Both the position numbers and the translations under genes were made by a program. DNA of 64,000 bases from a virus, in the IMG/VR virus record IMGVR_UViG_3300010412_000009, positions 5,770-69,769 of that record, one strand, 5' to 3'. This document shows positions 41,328-50,698 of the stretch, in pieces (within the stretch, counting starts at the first letter, position 1; each line of letters opens with the position of its first letter). The notes under the pieces were generated by a model. That model saw only the letters and a list, made by a program, of their open reading frames with translations. It was not told the DNA's origin and did not search any database.

Positions 41328-41477
41328 TTTATTATAAATTTATTATGTTAATAAAAAAAGTAGTCCGTATTGGGTATTATAAGCGGCCTAATTATACATT
41401 TACCACAACGGACTACATAAAACGGGTCGTTTAAGCCTTCAAATACTCGTTGACCACCAAAATCTTTAAGTTCAATA

Positions 41478-41744
41478 TTATTTGTTTTTTTCAAACATCT
41501 GCTCCAAAGCATTTCTAAGTCTAACGTGATTCTCTTTACCACGTTCAACCGCAGCGCCACCTGTACCACCTTTACTATTAACCCCCAACAATTCACCATC
41601 TTTCTCCAAAACAGCAACAATATAATTTCTGTTATTTACGGTAACATTTCTAATATTACCGTATTTATATCCTTCCATAAGATACTTTACAATTACGTCA
41701 AGTTGCTTTTCTGAGTAAAAATCTTTGTGTATTTGAGGTATCAT
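41478..41744 (-). CDS. hypothetical protein
   Basis: ORF behind TATCTTTG promoter. Confidence 0.55.
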   Translation of the reverse strand: MIPQIHKDFYSEKQLDVIVKYLMEGYKYGNIRNVTVNNRNYIVAVLEKDGELLGVNSKGGTGGAAVERGKENHVRLRNALEQMFEKNK

Positions 41745-41797
41745 ATTCTGTTATTGTTATACAAAGATAAGACATGTTTTTTAAACTACCAAATTTT

Positions 41798-42637
41798 TTA
41801 AGATAAATCTTCTCTCGATCCACCATTTGTTCCTGATGTTAATCTAACAGCAACAATATCAGTAATATTTAATTTTGGTATTGCCTCTCTTAAAGATACC
41901 GCACATCTAAAATCAGAAGAGCTCCATTCATCCCAATACGTATAATCCATATATTTTGAGTGAAATAACATACTAACACTACTAATTTGTCGATGAACAA
42001 AAGGAAACCCTACTTTATAGACTTGTCTTCTATTTAAATCAGGTATTTGAGATCCGTCAGGATACTCAAAAGTGTTAATATGAAAAGTATCTTCATCATG
42101 ATCTAATATCACTTTAGATAATCTATCCAATACTTCGTTGTTATATAAAACATCATCATCATCTAAATACATAATCCACCCGCCCTTAACAGCACGTTCC
42201 GCTATTTTCAAATAACTGTCATATGGAAAATGTATTGCATGTTCCCTCCAAGTCTCATTAGGTACTGATGATTCAATTCCCGTAATAGGATTTATAAAAA
42301 TTATCGGATCAACAGGTAAATGAATATCTTTATAGTCTTCAACTTCATCGTACTGATAATCTAAATAGTCATGATCAGGATTTAAATAACTTTCGGTTTG
42401 TGGATTATGATTCCAACTAACCTTTAGATTTGGGATTCTTCTTTTATTAGGTACTCTAACCAAAGTCATCCTACCATTTTTATCGAACTCTTTTAAATAA
42501 TCATACATCTCTTGAGTTTCATAGGTGACAATATGATTAAATTTACCATAAGTTTGACTATGTATGGATTCGTAGTTTAATTTAAAATAGTTAGGTCTAG
42601 ATGCTCTTGTGATTATATTAATCAAAGGATATTCCAT
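41798..42637 (-). CDS. glycosyltransferase, GT-A/family 2-like
   Basis: PLINIITR..RP N-terminus; WIMYLDDDD DxD motif. Confidence 0.7.
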   Translation of the reverse strand: MEYPLINIITRASRPNYFKLNYESIHSQTYGKFNHIVTYETQEMYDYLKEFDKNGRMTLVRVPNKRRIPNLKVSWNHNPQTESYLNPDHDYLDYQYDEVEDYKDIHLPVDPIIFINPITGIESSVPNETWREHAIHFPYDSYLKIAERAVKGGWIMYLDDDDVLYNNEVLDRLSKVILDHDEDTFHINTFEYPDGSQIPDLNRRQVYKVGFPFVHRQISSVSMLFHSKYMDYTYWDEWSSSDFRCAVSLREAIPKLNITDIVAVRLTSGTNGGSREDLS

Positions 42638-42682
42638 ATATTTATTTTGTTAAATAATATGGAACTATCAACTAAATGTAAA

Positions 42683-42964
42683 TTATTTTGGAATATTATT
42701 ATAGATACTAACAAGAACATTAAAGGCTTTTAATGTCTTATCACCAAAAATCCCATCAATATTACCAGGATCCAAATTAGGATTACCTATTTCAGTTGAC
42801 AATTGTTTCAATTTAGTCTGAATTTCATTGACAGCAGGTAATCTTCTATACATTCGCTTACCACTATTTGTATTTTGGTTCTGGACTTTATTTACAGAAC
42901 CTCGTTGTTCCAATATATTATATTTGGACAATATTTCCCTTTTTTCAGATTCACTTATTTTCAT
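42683..42964 (-). CDS. leader-family protein with peptidoglycan-binding domain
   Basis: MKISESEKREILSKY..LEQ; IQ..L...DPGNIDGIFGDKT. Confidence 0.7.
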   Translation of the reverse strand: MKISESEKREILSKYNILEQRGSVNKVQNQNTNSGKRMYRRLPAVNEIQTKLKQLSTEIGNPNLDPGNIDGIFGDKTLKAFNVLVSIYNNIPK

Positions 42965-43824
42965 TTCTTAACAACATTTAAATGAAACCCACCATCAACG
43001 CAATGGAAACTACCAGTTCGTTGTAATTTATTATTAACATATTCCTCAAATCTTCCCGTAGGATATAAATTGTATATCTTTTTGGAAAAAGTATTTCTAA
43101 CTTGAATTGCAATATCGTTTTGTTGTAACAATTCAAATTGATCTGTTGATACGCAAGGGTATTGTTTAATCCATTCAACCTCATCAAGAGATTGTGATTG
43201 GACTGATTTAGGTTGAATAGTTTGAATCTTCTCCAAATTATCAACTTTAGGATTTTGATTAGATTGTGTTGTTGATTTATAATTTGCCTTGACAAAATCA
43301 AATAAAGCATTGAACGACAATAATGTTTGTTTCCCAACAACACCATCAATCGGGCCTGGTGATGGTATTCCATTCTGTGATAAAGTCGTTAATGTTTGTT
43401 GCATTTGCTTTGCCTGTGGTGTACTACTAATATATTGATTTTGTTTATTAGTATTAGACTTTACCTTATTCATTATTGAGGTGGATACATTACCTGTATC
43501 TGTATACTTGATATTGTTGGTTTGTTGACTTCTATCACAAGTGAACGTATAAATTTTAGCATTCTCCAAGTTAAATGCATATCCATCTGCCGTATGTAAT
43601 AAATTATCAATTAGTATTGCATAATCAGACCCACCAATTTCACTAACACTACCAATCCCAAGTGAAGGTAATTCATTGACACTAACTTTTCTAACATATT
43701 TTCCTTGATCATTATTAATCATCCATAGAACACAAGGTTGTGATAACCAAGGATCACCATTTACATTAGTTGGATTTTTTCTTTTATTTCCCCATCTTCT
43801 TATTTGTTCTATAATACCTCCCAT
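42961..43824 (-). CDS. protein with peptidoglycan-binding domain
   Basis: MQQ.L...PGPIDGVVGKQT; repeated W...PCV modules. Confidence 0.6.
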   Translation of the reverse strand: MGGIIEQIRRWGNKRKNPTNVNGDPWLSQPCVLWMINNDQGKYVRKVSVNELPSLGIGSVSEIGGSDYAILIDNLLHTADGYAFNLENAKIYTFTCDRSQQTNNIKYTDTGNVSTSIMNKVKSNTNKQNQYISSTPQAKQMQQTLTTLSQNGIPSPGPIDGVVGKQTLLSFNALFDFVKANYKSTTQSNQNPKVDNLEKIQTIQPKSVQSQSLDEVEWIKQYPCVSTDQFELLQQNDIAIQVRNTFSKKIYNLYPTGRFEEYVNNKLQRTGSFHCVDGGFHLNVVKK

Positions 43825-43825
43825 C

Positions 43826-44992
43826 TTATTTCAATAAATCATTTTGTGGTTGAGTTCGTTGTTTTGGTTGTGTCTGTTGAGTTGATTGAGAATTACTAGT
43901 CTGTTTTTGAGTTGTTTGCGATGGGTAATTACTTTTTTCAAGCCTTCTACCACCCACAAGTGCTGACTTGTAGCCTGAAGTCATAAGATGTCTTAAAGTC
44001 CCTTTAACCTCAACAACAACTTTTGGATCCATACTTCTAATAAAAGTATTGAACCACCCTTTAAATCCTGACCCACCAATAAAGTCGTTAATGTACTTAG
44101 TATAATTTAATATTAATAAATTAGTAAATTCACGAGAATATAAATCATAATTATCGGCTTGCCCTATCTTATCAATATTAGATTTTGCCTGCTTATGAAT
44201 AGCATCTCGAATATCTTTAGGTAATTTGGACATTCCGCCTTGCTTAAATAAGTAAGATTTAAACGAGTCCTGAATTGAATATAAAAATCTTTTTTTACCC
44301 GGAGATGTCCAAGAATTTCCCAATCTTAATCTTCCTTGTCTTGTTAAATATGCCTGAGGAATTTCACTAACCACTAATTTACCTACAACTCTCCCTGCGG
44401 TACTCACAACATTACCACCTGCTTTAGTTAAAAAATCCCCTATCGATACCACCAGTTTTATAATAAAATCAATAATTTTATCGTCTATTTGTCCTGGAAT
44501 CAGTCGTTTAATTGGTACTAAAGTGTTTATTATCATTTTCACACCTTTACTAATCCCAGACTTGTTATTCGCAATTGTTTGCAACATCTTTGATGTATTT
44601 GGGTTATTCGCAACTGATTGAACTAAAGTGTTTGCGGCTGCGGAGGAATTACCATCACCGATCTTTCTGATAATATCTGCAGTGACATTAACAGGTAATC
44701 CCTTAAAAAGAGTTCGAAGACTAAGTGTAACAGTCGAACCAACAACAGGAATAATACCAACGAATGAAAGTAGTCCATTAAGTCCGTGAGGATGGAAGTT
44801 ACCTTGATTTATTGCTCTTGCAAAATATACAATACCATTAATAAAATCAACAGCATCTCCAATACCAGGAACAAGTCCAACATAATCAGCGATTTGCTGA
44901 GCCTTATCCAACCAATTTTGTTCCGAAATTATATTATATTTCTCTAATATTTGATTCTTCTCTTCCTCAGAAACAATAATTCTTTGTCCCAT
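43826..44992 (-). CDS. leader-family protein with pre-toxin TG (PT-TG)-like domain
   Basis: VSEEEKNQILEKY..ISEQ then D.VGLVPGIGDAVD..NG..Y...LSFVGIIPVVG. Confidence 0.65.
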   Translation of the reverse strand: MGQRIIVSEEEKNQILEKYNIISEQNWLDKAQQIADYVGLVPGIGDAVDFINGIVYFARAINQGNFHPHGLNGLLSFVGIIPVVGSTVTLSLRTLFKGLPVNVTADIIRKIGDGNSSAAANTLVQSVANNPNTSKMLQTIANNKSGISKGVKMIINTLVPIKRLIPGQIDDKIIDFIIKLVVSIGDFLTKAGGNVVSTAGRVVGKLVVSEIPQAYLTRQGRLRLGNSWTSPGKKRFLYSIQDSFKSYLFKQGGMSKLPKDIRDAIHKQAKSNIDKIGQADNYDLYSREFTNLLILNYTKYINDFIGGSGFKGWFNTFIRSMDPKVVVEVKGTLRHLMTSGYKSALVGGRRLEKSNYPSQTTQKQTSNSQSTQQTQPKQRTQPQNDLLK

Positions 44993-45061
44993 TAATGTAG
45001 GGTTTTTTTATAAATATCCTACAATAAGAAAAGAACCATATTAATATTAGAATTAATTTAG

Positions 45062-45133
45062 TACCCCCACCCCGATTCGAACAGGGATCTTTTGGTCCGT
45101 AGCCAAATATTCTCTCCATTAAACTACAGGGGC
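45062..45133 (-). tRNA. tRNA-Arg(ACG)
   Basis: cloverleaf, loop CT-ACG-GA. Confidence 0.85.
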
Positions 45134-45137
45134 GACT

Positions 45138-45635
45138 TTAATAGTCAAATTTTAATTTTACAATTCTATCGTATCCTCTAGGTGGTAATATGTCAATATC
45201 TTCGGGCTTTACACTATAAGCACATCTATCACAGTCCCAAAGAGCCCTTGATATCCCTTCTTTAAAATCTTCTTCATTGTTGTAGATAAAAAAAGGTAAT
45301 CTCAATACTAATGGATTTGGTAAATATTTTTTATGTAGTTCATGTGAGAATTGAATAAATTTATCATTTTCACCATTATTTACGGACTCCTCATATGCTT
45401 TCATTCTAGCATCGTCGAGTTCATAAAATTTTATCTCATCCTCATCACTAACTTGTACTACATTTGAACCTTTTAAATAGTCGCAAGATAGATTAGGTAA
45501 TTGTTTAACAATTTCCTCTCCAACATATGTGCCAAAATAAAAATCGATACTATGTTCTTTACTGACAAATTTTGTCATTCTTTTTCTATATCTTTTTCGA
45601 CTACGATTATTTAAAAGTTTCTTTAATATTCCCAT
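45138..45635 (-). CDS. hypothetical protein
   Basis: ORF. Confidence 0.55.
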   Translation of the reverse strand: MGILKKLLNNRSRKRYRKRMTKFVSKEHSIDFYFGTYVGEEIVKQLPNLSCDYLKGSNVVQVSDEDEIKFYELDDARMKAYEESVNNGENDKFIQFSHELHKKYLPNPLVLRLPFFIYNNEEDFKEGISRALWDCDRCAYSVKPEDIDILPPRGYDRIVKLKFDY

Positions 45636-45648
45636 AACAAAAATTTAA

Positions 45649-45981
45649 TTAGTCCAATCCTAGTGATCTGAACCAGTTAACTACCCGCAACATAAATTTA
45701 CTTTTCATCGAATAACGCCATTCTCCAGTAAGAATGAATTTAATTGGCATCGATAGTGTAAGTAATACGAACAGAATCAATGCGAACGGAAGAGTTAATC
45801 TAATCCACCAAGGCCCATAACACTTCTCTTCTGTATAGAAGTTAAGGTTTAATTTAATGAACCTATCGGCTAGTTCCTCACTAGAAACCATATTCAATTC
45901 AGGAAACTGCTCTTTAAACTTTGGAATATAGTTCAAATAACCATGACTCCAAGTTCTTTTTAATTTACGAAAAATACCCAT
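45649..45981 (-). CDS. hypothetical membrane protein
   Basis: ORF with one hydrophobic helix. Confidence 0.55.
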   Translation of the reverse strand: MGIFRKLKRTWSHGYLNYIPKFKEQFPELNMVSSEELADRFIKLNLNFYTEEKCYGPWWIRLTLPFALILFVLLTLSMPIKFILTGEWRYSMKSKFMLRVVNWFRSLGLD

Positions 45982-45999
45982 TTTAAAAAATTTAATTTG

Positions 46000-46090
46000 T
46001 TCCCCCGGTGAGACTCGAACTCACATCCAATACGTTAAAAGCGTATGGCTTGTTCCCTTTCGGTACTAATTCCAATTCAGCTACGGAGGA
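46000..46090 (-). tRNA. tRNA-Lys(TTT) with enlarged D-loop (91 nt)
   Basis: acceptor TCCTCCG/CGGGGGA, anticodon ATACG-CTTTTAA-CGTAT, normal T arm; 28 nt between D-stem strands including CC-GAAA-GG. Confidence 0.8.
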
Positions 46091-46098
46091 ATGAAACT

Positions 46099-46284
46099 TT
46101 AATCCATTATTTGAATACATAACCATACAAGTAGAGTACTAATTAACCACCAATCCGGTGCTAAGTACGATATCAATGATGTTGGTCTTTCAACCCACTT
46201 TCCATAGTACTTAAAGCTTAGTACAATGCGGATAAAAAATACCATTACTAAAGCAAACGCAATTAATCCGACAACAATCTTCAT
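46099..46284 (-). CDS. small membrane protein
   Basis: two hydrophobic segments. Confidence 0.5.
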   Translation of the reverse strand: MKIVVGLIAFALVMVFFIRIVLSFKYYGKWVERPTSLISYLAPDWWLISTLLVWLCIQIMD

Positions 46285-46487
46285 TCGTCAAAAAATTTAA
46301 ATCTATTGGAATCAATTTGTATCCATTGCCCATCTCTTGCTCCAAAACGTAAAATTTTACGACCTATCCAAGATGCACTTGAAAAAGTGCCATCATCGTT
46401 TTTCTGATATTTAATAACTCGATTCATTATAAATGGTGATAAAAAATCAAGTACAAACCAATGAGCAAATCGTTCAAATATTCTCAT
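46281..46487 (-). CDS. hypothetical protein
   Basis: ORF. Confidence 0.5.
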   Translation of the reverse strand: MRIFERFAHWFVLDFLSPFIMNRVIKYQKNDDGTFSSASWIGRKILRFGARDGQWIQIDSNRFKFFDE

Positions 46488-46647
46488 AATATTTAATTAT
46501 TTAAGACGCAATTAACTGAAGAAAAAAGAATGCAATTACAATAACAAATAATAATACATCACCTATACCACTAACAGGTTCTCTATCTTCTTTTGTGTAT
46601 GGATCAATTTCAGGATGATTATCTTTCATTATTAATTATTTTTGTTG

Positions 46648-46722
46648 AAGCGCGGACGGGTCTCGAACCCGCGACCTCCGCCTTGAAAGAGCGACGACTT
46701 GAGCCACTTCGTCCTCCGCGCC
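46648..46722 (-). tRNA. tRNA-Glu(TTC)
   Basis: cloverleaf, loop CT-TTC-AA. Confidence 0.88.
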
Positions 46723-46746
46723 AATTAAAACATATATTTAAAACAA

Positions 46747-46818
46747 AAACATGTACACCAGCGTTCCACTGGATCTCCGTTTCTAGTGTTTTATTACCGT
46801 TAAACTATGTACATGTTT
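46747..46818 (-). ncRNA. tRNA-like element lacking an anticodon stem
   Basis: 11-bp terminal stem AAACATGTACA/TGTACATGTTT, D-arm TAGTTTAACGGTAATAAAAC, T-like hairpin CCAG-TGGAACG-CTGG. Confidence 0.45.
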
Positions 46819-46837
46819 CACAACGTTGTCAAATACA

Positions 46838-47146
46838 CTATTCGGATAACTTAAGTTCCATCAATTTAAAATTACCCATTATTGTTTTGAAATTATCATT
46901 CAACCATTGACGACATTCGTTCACATCATTAAATTCTTTTTTAAGTGTTACCCACATCCAGCTACAATTTGGATTGTTATCATCAAACTTATCACCATCT
47001 TTAACCACCATAAATCTAACCTTAAATTTATCTAGCTCTATTTGATCAATAAAACCAACGATATTTTTCTTTAGTTTAATGTCATGAATGTCGTGATAAT
47101 GTGGAAAAGTTCCTTTATTTTTCTTAAATGTGAATTTAGTTGCCAT
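46838..47146 (-). CDS. hypothetical protein
   Basis: ORF behind TATCTTTG promoter. Confidence 0.6.
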   Translation of the reverse strand: MATKFTFKKNKGTFPHYHDIHDIKLKKNIVGFIDQIELDKFKVRFMVVKDGDKFDDNNPNCSWMWVTLKKEFNDVNECRQWLNDNFKTIMGNFKLMELKLSE

Positions 47147-47212
47147 AGTTGTGATTGTTTGTGTTACAAAGATACGGCAAATAATCTAAAATAAAAAAAA
47201 TTCAGAGAAAAA

Positions 47213-47575
47213 TTATGACCAATTTTCAAACCCACATATTCGACAAGTGTAATAATCTTTATGTGAATCATGTCCTGTATATGTCATTTTATGGGAACAA
47301 GACTCTTGATATGCCAAAATCGATTTCGACAGTCTTTCTTTTTCCAATTTCAATTCCGCCCTTAAGTTATGTAATTTTTCAAACACATCATTATTATCAA
47401 CACCAAGACTATGTTTATCGTATATTCCATATAATTTATTTATCATTGTCTTGAGATTATCAATCTCATTTTTCAATTCAACCCATTTCGACAATTGAGA
47501 ATATATTGAACTATTCTTATCAACGTCTTTAAGGGTAAACTCATTTATATAAAAATAGGATTTTGTCTCTTCCAT
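47213..47575 (-). CDS. coiled-coil protein with C-terminal Zn-ribbon-like motif
   Basis: C.H...C..CG at C-terminus. Confidence 0.55.
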   Translation of the reverse strand: MEETKSYFYINEFTLKDVDKNSSIYSQLSKWVELKNEIDNLKTMINKLYGIYDKHSLGVDNNDVFEKLHNLRAELKLEKERLSKSILAYQESCSHKMTYTGHDSHKDYYTCRICGFENWS

Positions 47576-47589
47576 ATTACATCATTTTA

Positions 47590-47868
47590 TTATTGTTCGT
47601 CTCTAACATATTTTTCATAAAAAATTATCTTACCCTCCATCACCCCCAAAGAAGATTTTTCTTGGAATGTCTTAGTTGTTGGTTGATATCCTTCAGGCAT
47701 TTTTTGAGTTAAATACCACAACTGAGATTCTTTCCAAGTCGCATTAATCAACATTTCATTATCGGGTAGATAAATTCTCATTGTACCACCAAAATTTTTC
47801 GATCTACTGTTCTCAGTACACGAAAACAATCCAATTACTAATAGAACTACAATCAATATTTTTTTCAT
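47590..47868 (-). CDS. putative lipoprotein
   Basis: signal peptide with LFSC lipobox. Confidence 0.6.
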   Translation of the reverse strand: MKKILIVVLLVIGLFSCTENSRSKNFGGTMRIYLPDNEMLINATWKESQLWYLTQKMPEGYQPTTKTFQEKSSLGVMEGKIIFYEKYVRDEQ

Positions 47869-47875
47869 CTTTTCA

Positions 47876-48133
47876 TTATTTTTGTTTCCTTCCCATCATT
47901 TTAAAAACTGTTACTTTTCTGGTACTATCTAATCTGTATCTAAAATCTTTTAGTACCACATCAAGACTATCTGACAATCTCTCTTGTTGTTTCCATTCAG
48001 GAAATTCTTCGTAGAACTTGCGAGTAGTATTTACATAATCTGAATACCAAAACCCAAACAACAATCCAATTACTACGAAAGCAAGAAAAATCACCCATCT
48101 AACACCATTAAAAAATCTATCCAACATATTCAT
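47876..48133 (-). CDS. small membrane protein
   Basis: N-terminal TM helix. Confidence 0.5.
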   Translation of the reverse strand: MNMLDRFFNGVRWVIFLAFVVIGLLFGFWYSDYVNTTRKFYEEFPEWKQQERLSDSLDVVLKDFRYRLDSTRKVTVFKMMGRKQK

Positions 48134-48136
48134 ATT

Positions 48137-48874
48137 TTATTGATTTTGAATTTCATTCCATCTAACTTTTAACAAATCAAAATACACATCTTCGGGGCAT
48201 CCGTAAGGTCCGATAGCCCACATATCATTTAACTCTACTACTTCACAGTTACCATTTGATAAAACGGCAATATCAATAGTGTAAGAATGTGGTAAATGTA
48301 GACTATTTGTAATTACTTTTGTCATTACATAATTAATGAATGATGGATTGGGTAATTCCTGATAATCTCCACCATATATTGAAATGTTTACCAAATCAAC
48401 CCCTTTAATGAACATTCTCCATTCACTAACAATTTCGTGCTTGAATGGTTTTGAACATAAAAGTGGCCCATACCAATCATCAAGTTCAGGATATAAATCC
48501 CAATCACTTTTTTTTGTGGATACAAATCCTGTGAATTTCTTAACATCTCTTAAAGGTTTGACGAAGACAGGTGATGAATAATCAAGATTTCTCAAATCTT
48601 CAACAACCCAAGTATCTCTACCGAATATTGACATATACTTACCAATATGTAATGGCATTGGTTTTTCAATTCCATACAGATCAAAAAAATATTCCATATA
48701 CTCAACAGATCCTATTGGCATCGGTCTTTCTTCAATCAATCTATCTCTCACAATCGCAGCCTTAGATAATGACATTTTCTCAACATCATGACCAGCATTA
48801 GTAGCTCCAATCCAACCTTTAAAACAATAGTCAGATATTATTTCATTACCAAGAGATTCAACAACAACTTTCAT
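48137..48874 (-). CDS. ATP-grasp protein (DUF4343/R2K-like)
   Basis: PVFVKP...K.FTG, SEWR.FI, YTIDIA, VVELND. Confidence 0.72.
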   Translation of the reverse strand: MKVVVESLGNEIISDYCFKGWIGATNAGHDVEKMSLSKAAIVRDRLIEERPMPIGSVEYMEYFFDLYGIEKPMPLHIGKYMSIFGRDTWVVEDLRNLDYSSPVFVKPLRDVKKFTGFVSTKKSDWDLYPELDDWYGPLLCSKPFKHEIVSEWRMFIKGVDLVNISIYGGDYQELPNPSFINYVMTKVITNSLHLPHSYTIDIAVLSNGNCEVVELNDMWAIGPYGCPEDVYFDLLKVRWNEIQNQ

Positions 48875-48890
48875 TATTTATCAATTTTTA

Positions 48891-49166
48891 TTAAAATTCA
48901 AAATCAATATGATTATGTTCATCACAATCAAAAAAATCACCTTCACCTCTAACAAATGGAATCCATTTACCCATACCATCCTCATCTTCAACCATAACCA
49001 TAATTTCACCTTTATTATTTTTACCAATAGAAGACAATCCACACCCTTCACAAAGATACGGACCAATTTGAAATCCGGGTTCCAATTCAGATGCAATCTC
49101 TTCTATATCAAAATCAGGTTTACAGAAACCCAACTCAAGTGCACAATTTGTACAAAATTCTGCCAT
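48891..49166 (-). CDS. small Cys-containing hypothetical protein
   Basis: FCTNC and LCEGCG motifs. Confidence 0.55.
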   Translation of the reverse strand: MAEFCTNCALELGFCKPDFDIEEIASELEPGFQIGPYLCEGCGLSSIGKNNKGEIMVMVEDEDGMGKWIPFVRGEGDFFDCDEHNHIDFEF

Positions 49167-49690
49167 TACACTAATTTTATTTTAAGTTTATATTCATCTC
49201 TCAACCGAAGTATCACTTCCGCATTCCCTTTAGCGTCATCAAGTGGGTGATGAGTATGTTTGGTTATTCTTAGATATTTCCACTGTGCTCGTGTATCACC
49301 CTTAATTCCTGCAAACATATCACCAATTCGTCTAGATGACCATCCAAATGGATTCGACCCAACAAACTTATGAAAATAATATGACATAAACATACCATCG
49401 AACTGATTATTGTCAGATATTAATATCGGTTTATTAACACAAACATTTTTTATCCAATCATTAAATTCTTTCATAACCTCTTGAGGATCCCTACCATTCA
49501 ACATATCCTCTCTTCCATAACCAGAAACCGCCAAAGAATCTGGTATCCAATCATCTGAAATTGGTTTCATCACACCACTATAATAAGTGTCTTCCAACCC
49601 ATCTCTAACAACCACCGCACCAAAATTAACCATTGAGTATAACCCTGGTACTGGCCCATCGGATTCCACATCTACAACTATAAAACTCAT
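49166..49690 (-). CDS. DEDDh 3'-5' exonuclease (Rv2179c-like)
   Basis: VDVESDG, FD, HHPLDDA; start chosen at MSFIV. Confidence 0.8.
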   Translation of the reverse strand: MSFIVVDVESDGPVPGLYSMVNFGAVVVRDGLEDTYYSGVMKPISDDWIPDSLAVSGYGREDMLNGRDPQEVMKEFNDWIKNVCVNKPILISDNNQFDGMFMSYYFHKFVGSNPFGWSSRRIGDMFAGIKGDTRAQWKYLRITKHTHHPLDDAKGNAEVILRLRDEYKLKIKLV

Positions 49691-49694
49691 TTTA

Positions 49695-50030
49695 CTATAT
49701 TTCTTTTTTAATTTTATTAATAGCATCAATATCGTAATCAATATACTTATTCACCTCAACCACTATCCACGCAATTAAAGTCGAGTACTTAACTCTATCC
49801 AAAAGAATCGCATCATTATCTTTCCACCAACCTGCAAATAATCCAAATGCGCCATTTTCAAAATTATTAGATTGTGGAGGTAATGTAAATCTTCGTATTT
49901 GTTTAGACTCATTCACTGTGAAACGGTCAATCTCATCCTTAGTGAAATATTGATCCATAACATAATCAGGGACTCTAATTTTTAATTCAATCGTCCCACC
50001 ATCTCTATATCTTTCAAAATTATAGCTCAT
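49695..50030 (-). CDS. hypothetical protein
   Basis: ORF. Confidence 0.55.
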   Translation of the reverse strand: MSYNFERYRDGGTIELKIRVPDYVMDQYFTKDEIDRFTVNESKQIRRFTLPPQSNNFENGAFGLFAGWWKDNDAILLDRVKYSTLIAWIVVEVNKYIDYDIDAINKIKKEI

Positions 50031-50698
50031 TTTTTTTCTTCTATTTTTGGATTAAATACGGATTCTACTTCCAACAAAATAATACAACTACCGTCTTCCA
50101 AATAGTTGTGACAGACCTTAGAAACCGTTCCACCAATAGAAGAACCATCAAGATAAGGTCTTGATAATACAATAGTTTCTCCTACCCTTGGAATATGGGT
50201 CAAATTTTCAAATCGTTTAAATATCAAACTACCATCTTCGTCGTAAATACTAATCAATACTTTAGTTCGTTTCACTAAACATGTGGCACTCGTATAATCT
50301 AGCCTACCCATTATTTCTTTTCGAGACAGTACAATCTTTTCAGGTAACAAATCCACTTCATTATCTATCCTACACCCATCACAAATTTCATTACAATTTC
50401 CTGTCATATAATTCAAACAATTTTCACCTAATCTAACATCCACATCGTTTTTAACATTAAGTTCAATAGAATCTTTAATTGAAAAATCAATAAATGAATC
50501 TAAATAATATCGATTACCATCATTCCATATTACTATCGCCTCATTAATCCGATCTTTAGGAACTAATTTCAATAATTTTTTTAATTTTCGAACTGTCAAT
50601 ATTCCATTTTTCATAAATAAAATTTTAATCCCACCAAGAATCAATATTTTTTCCAATAAAATCCCACAATAGTTTTTTGGCTTTATTGTGCTTCGCAA
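50027..50698 (-). CDS. hypothetical protein (start uncertain)
   Basis: ORF. Confidence 0.55.
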   Translation of the reverse strand: MRSTIKPKNYCGILLEKILILGGIKILFMKNGILTVRKLKKLLKLVPKDRINEAIVIWNDGNRYYLDSFIDFSIKDSIELNVKNDVDVRLGENCLNYMTGNCNEICDGCRIDNEVDLLPEKIVLSRKEIMGRLDYTSATCLVKRTKVLISIYDEDGSLIFKRFENLTHIPRVGETIVLSRPYLDGSSIGGTVSKVCHNYLEDGSCIILLEVESVFNPKIEEKK

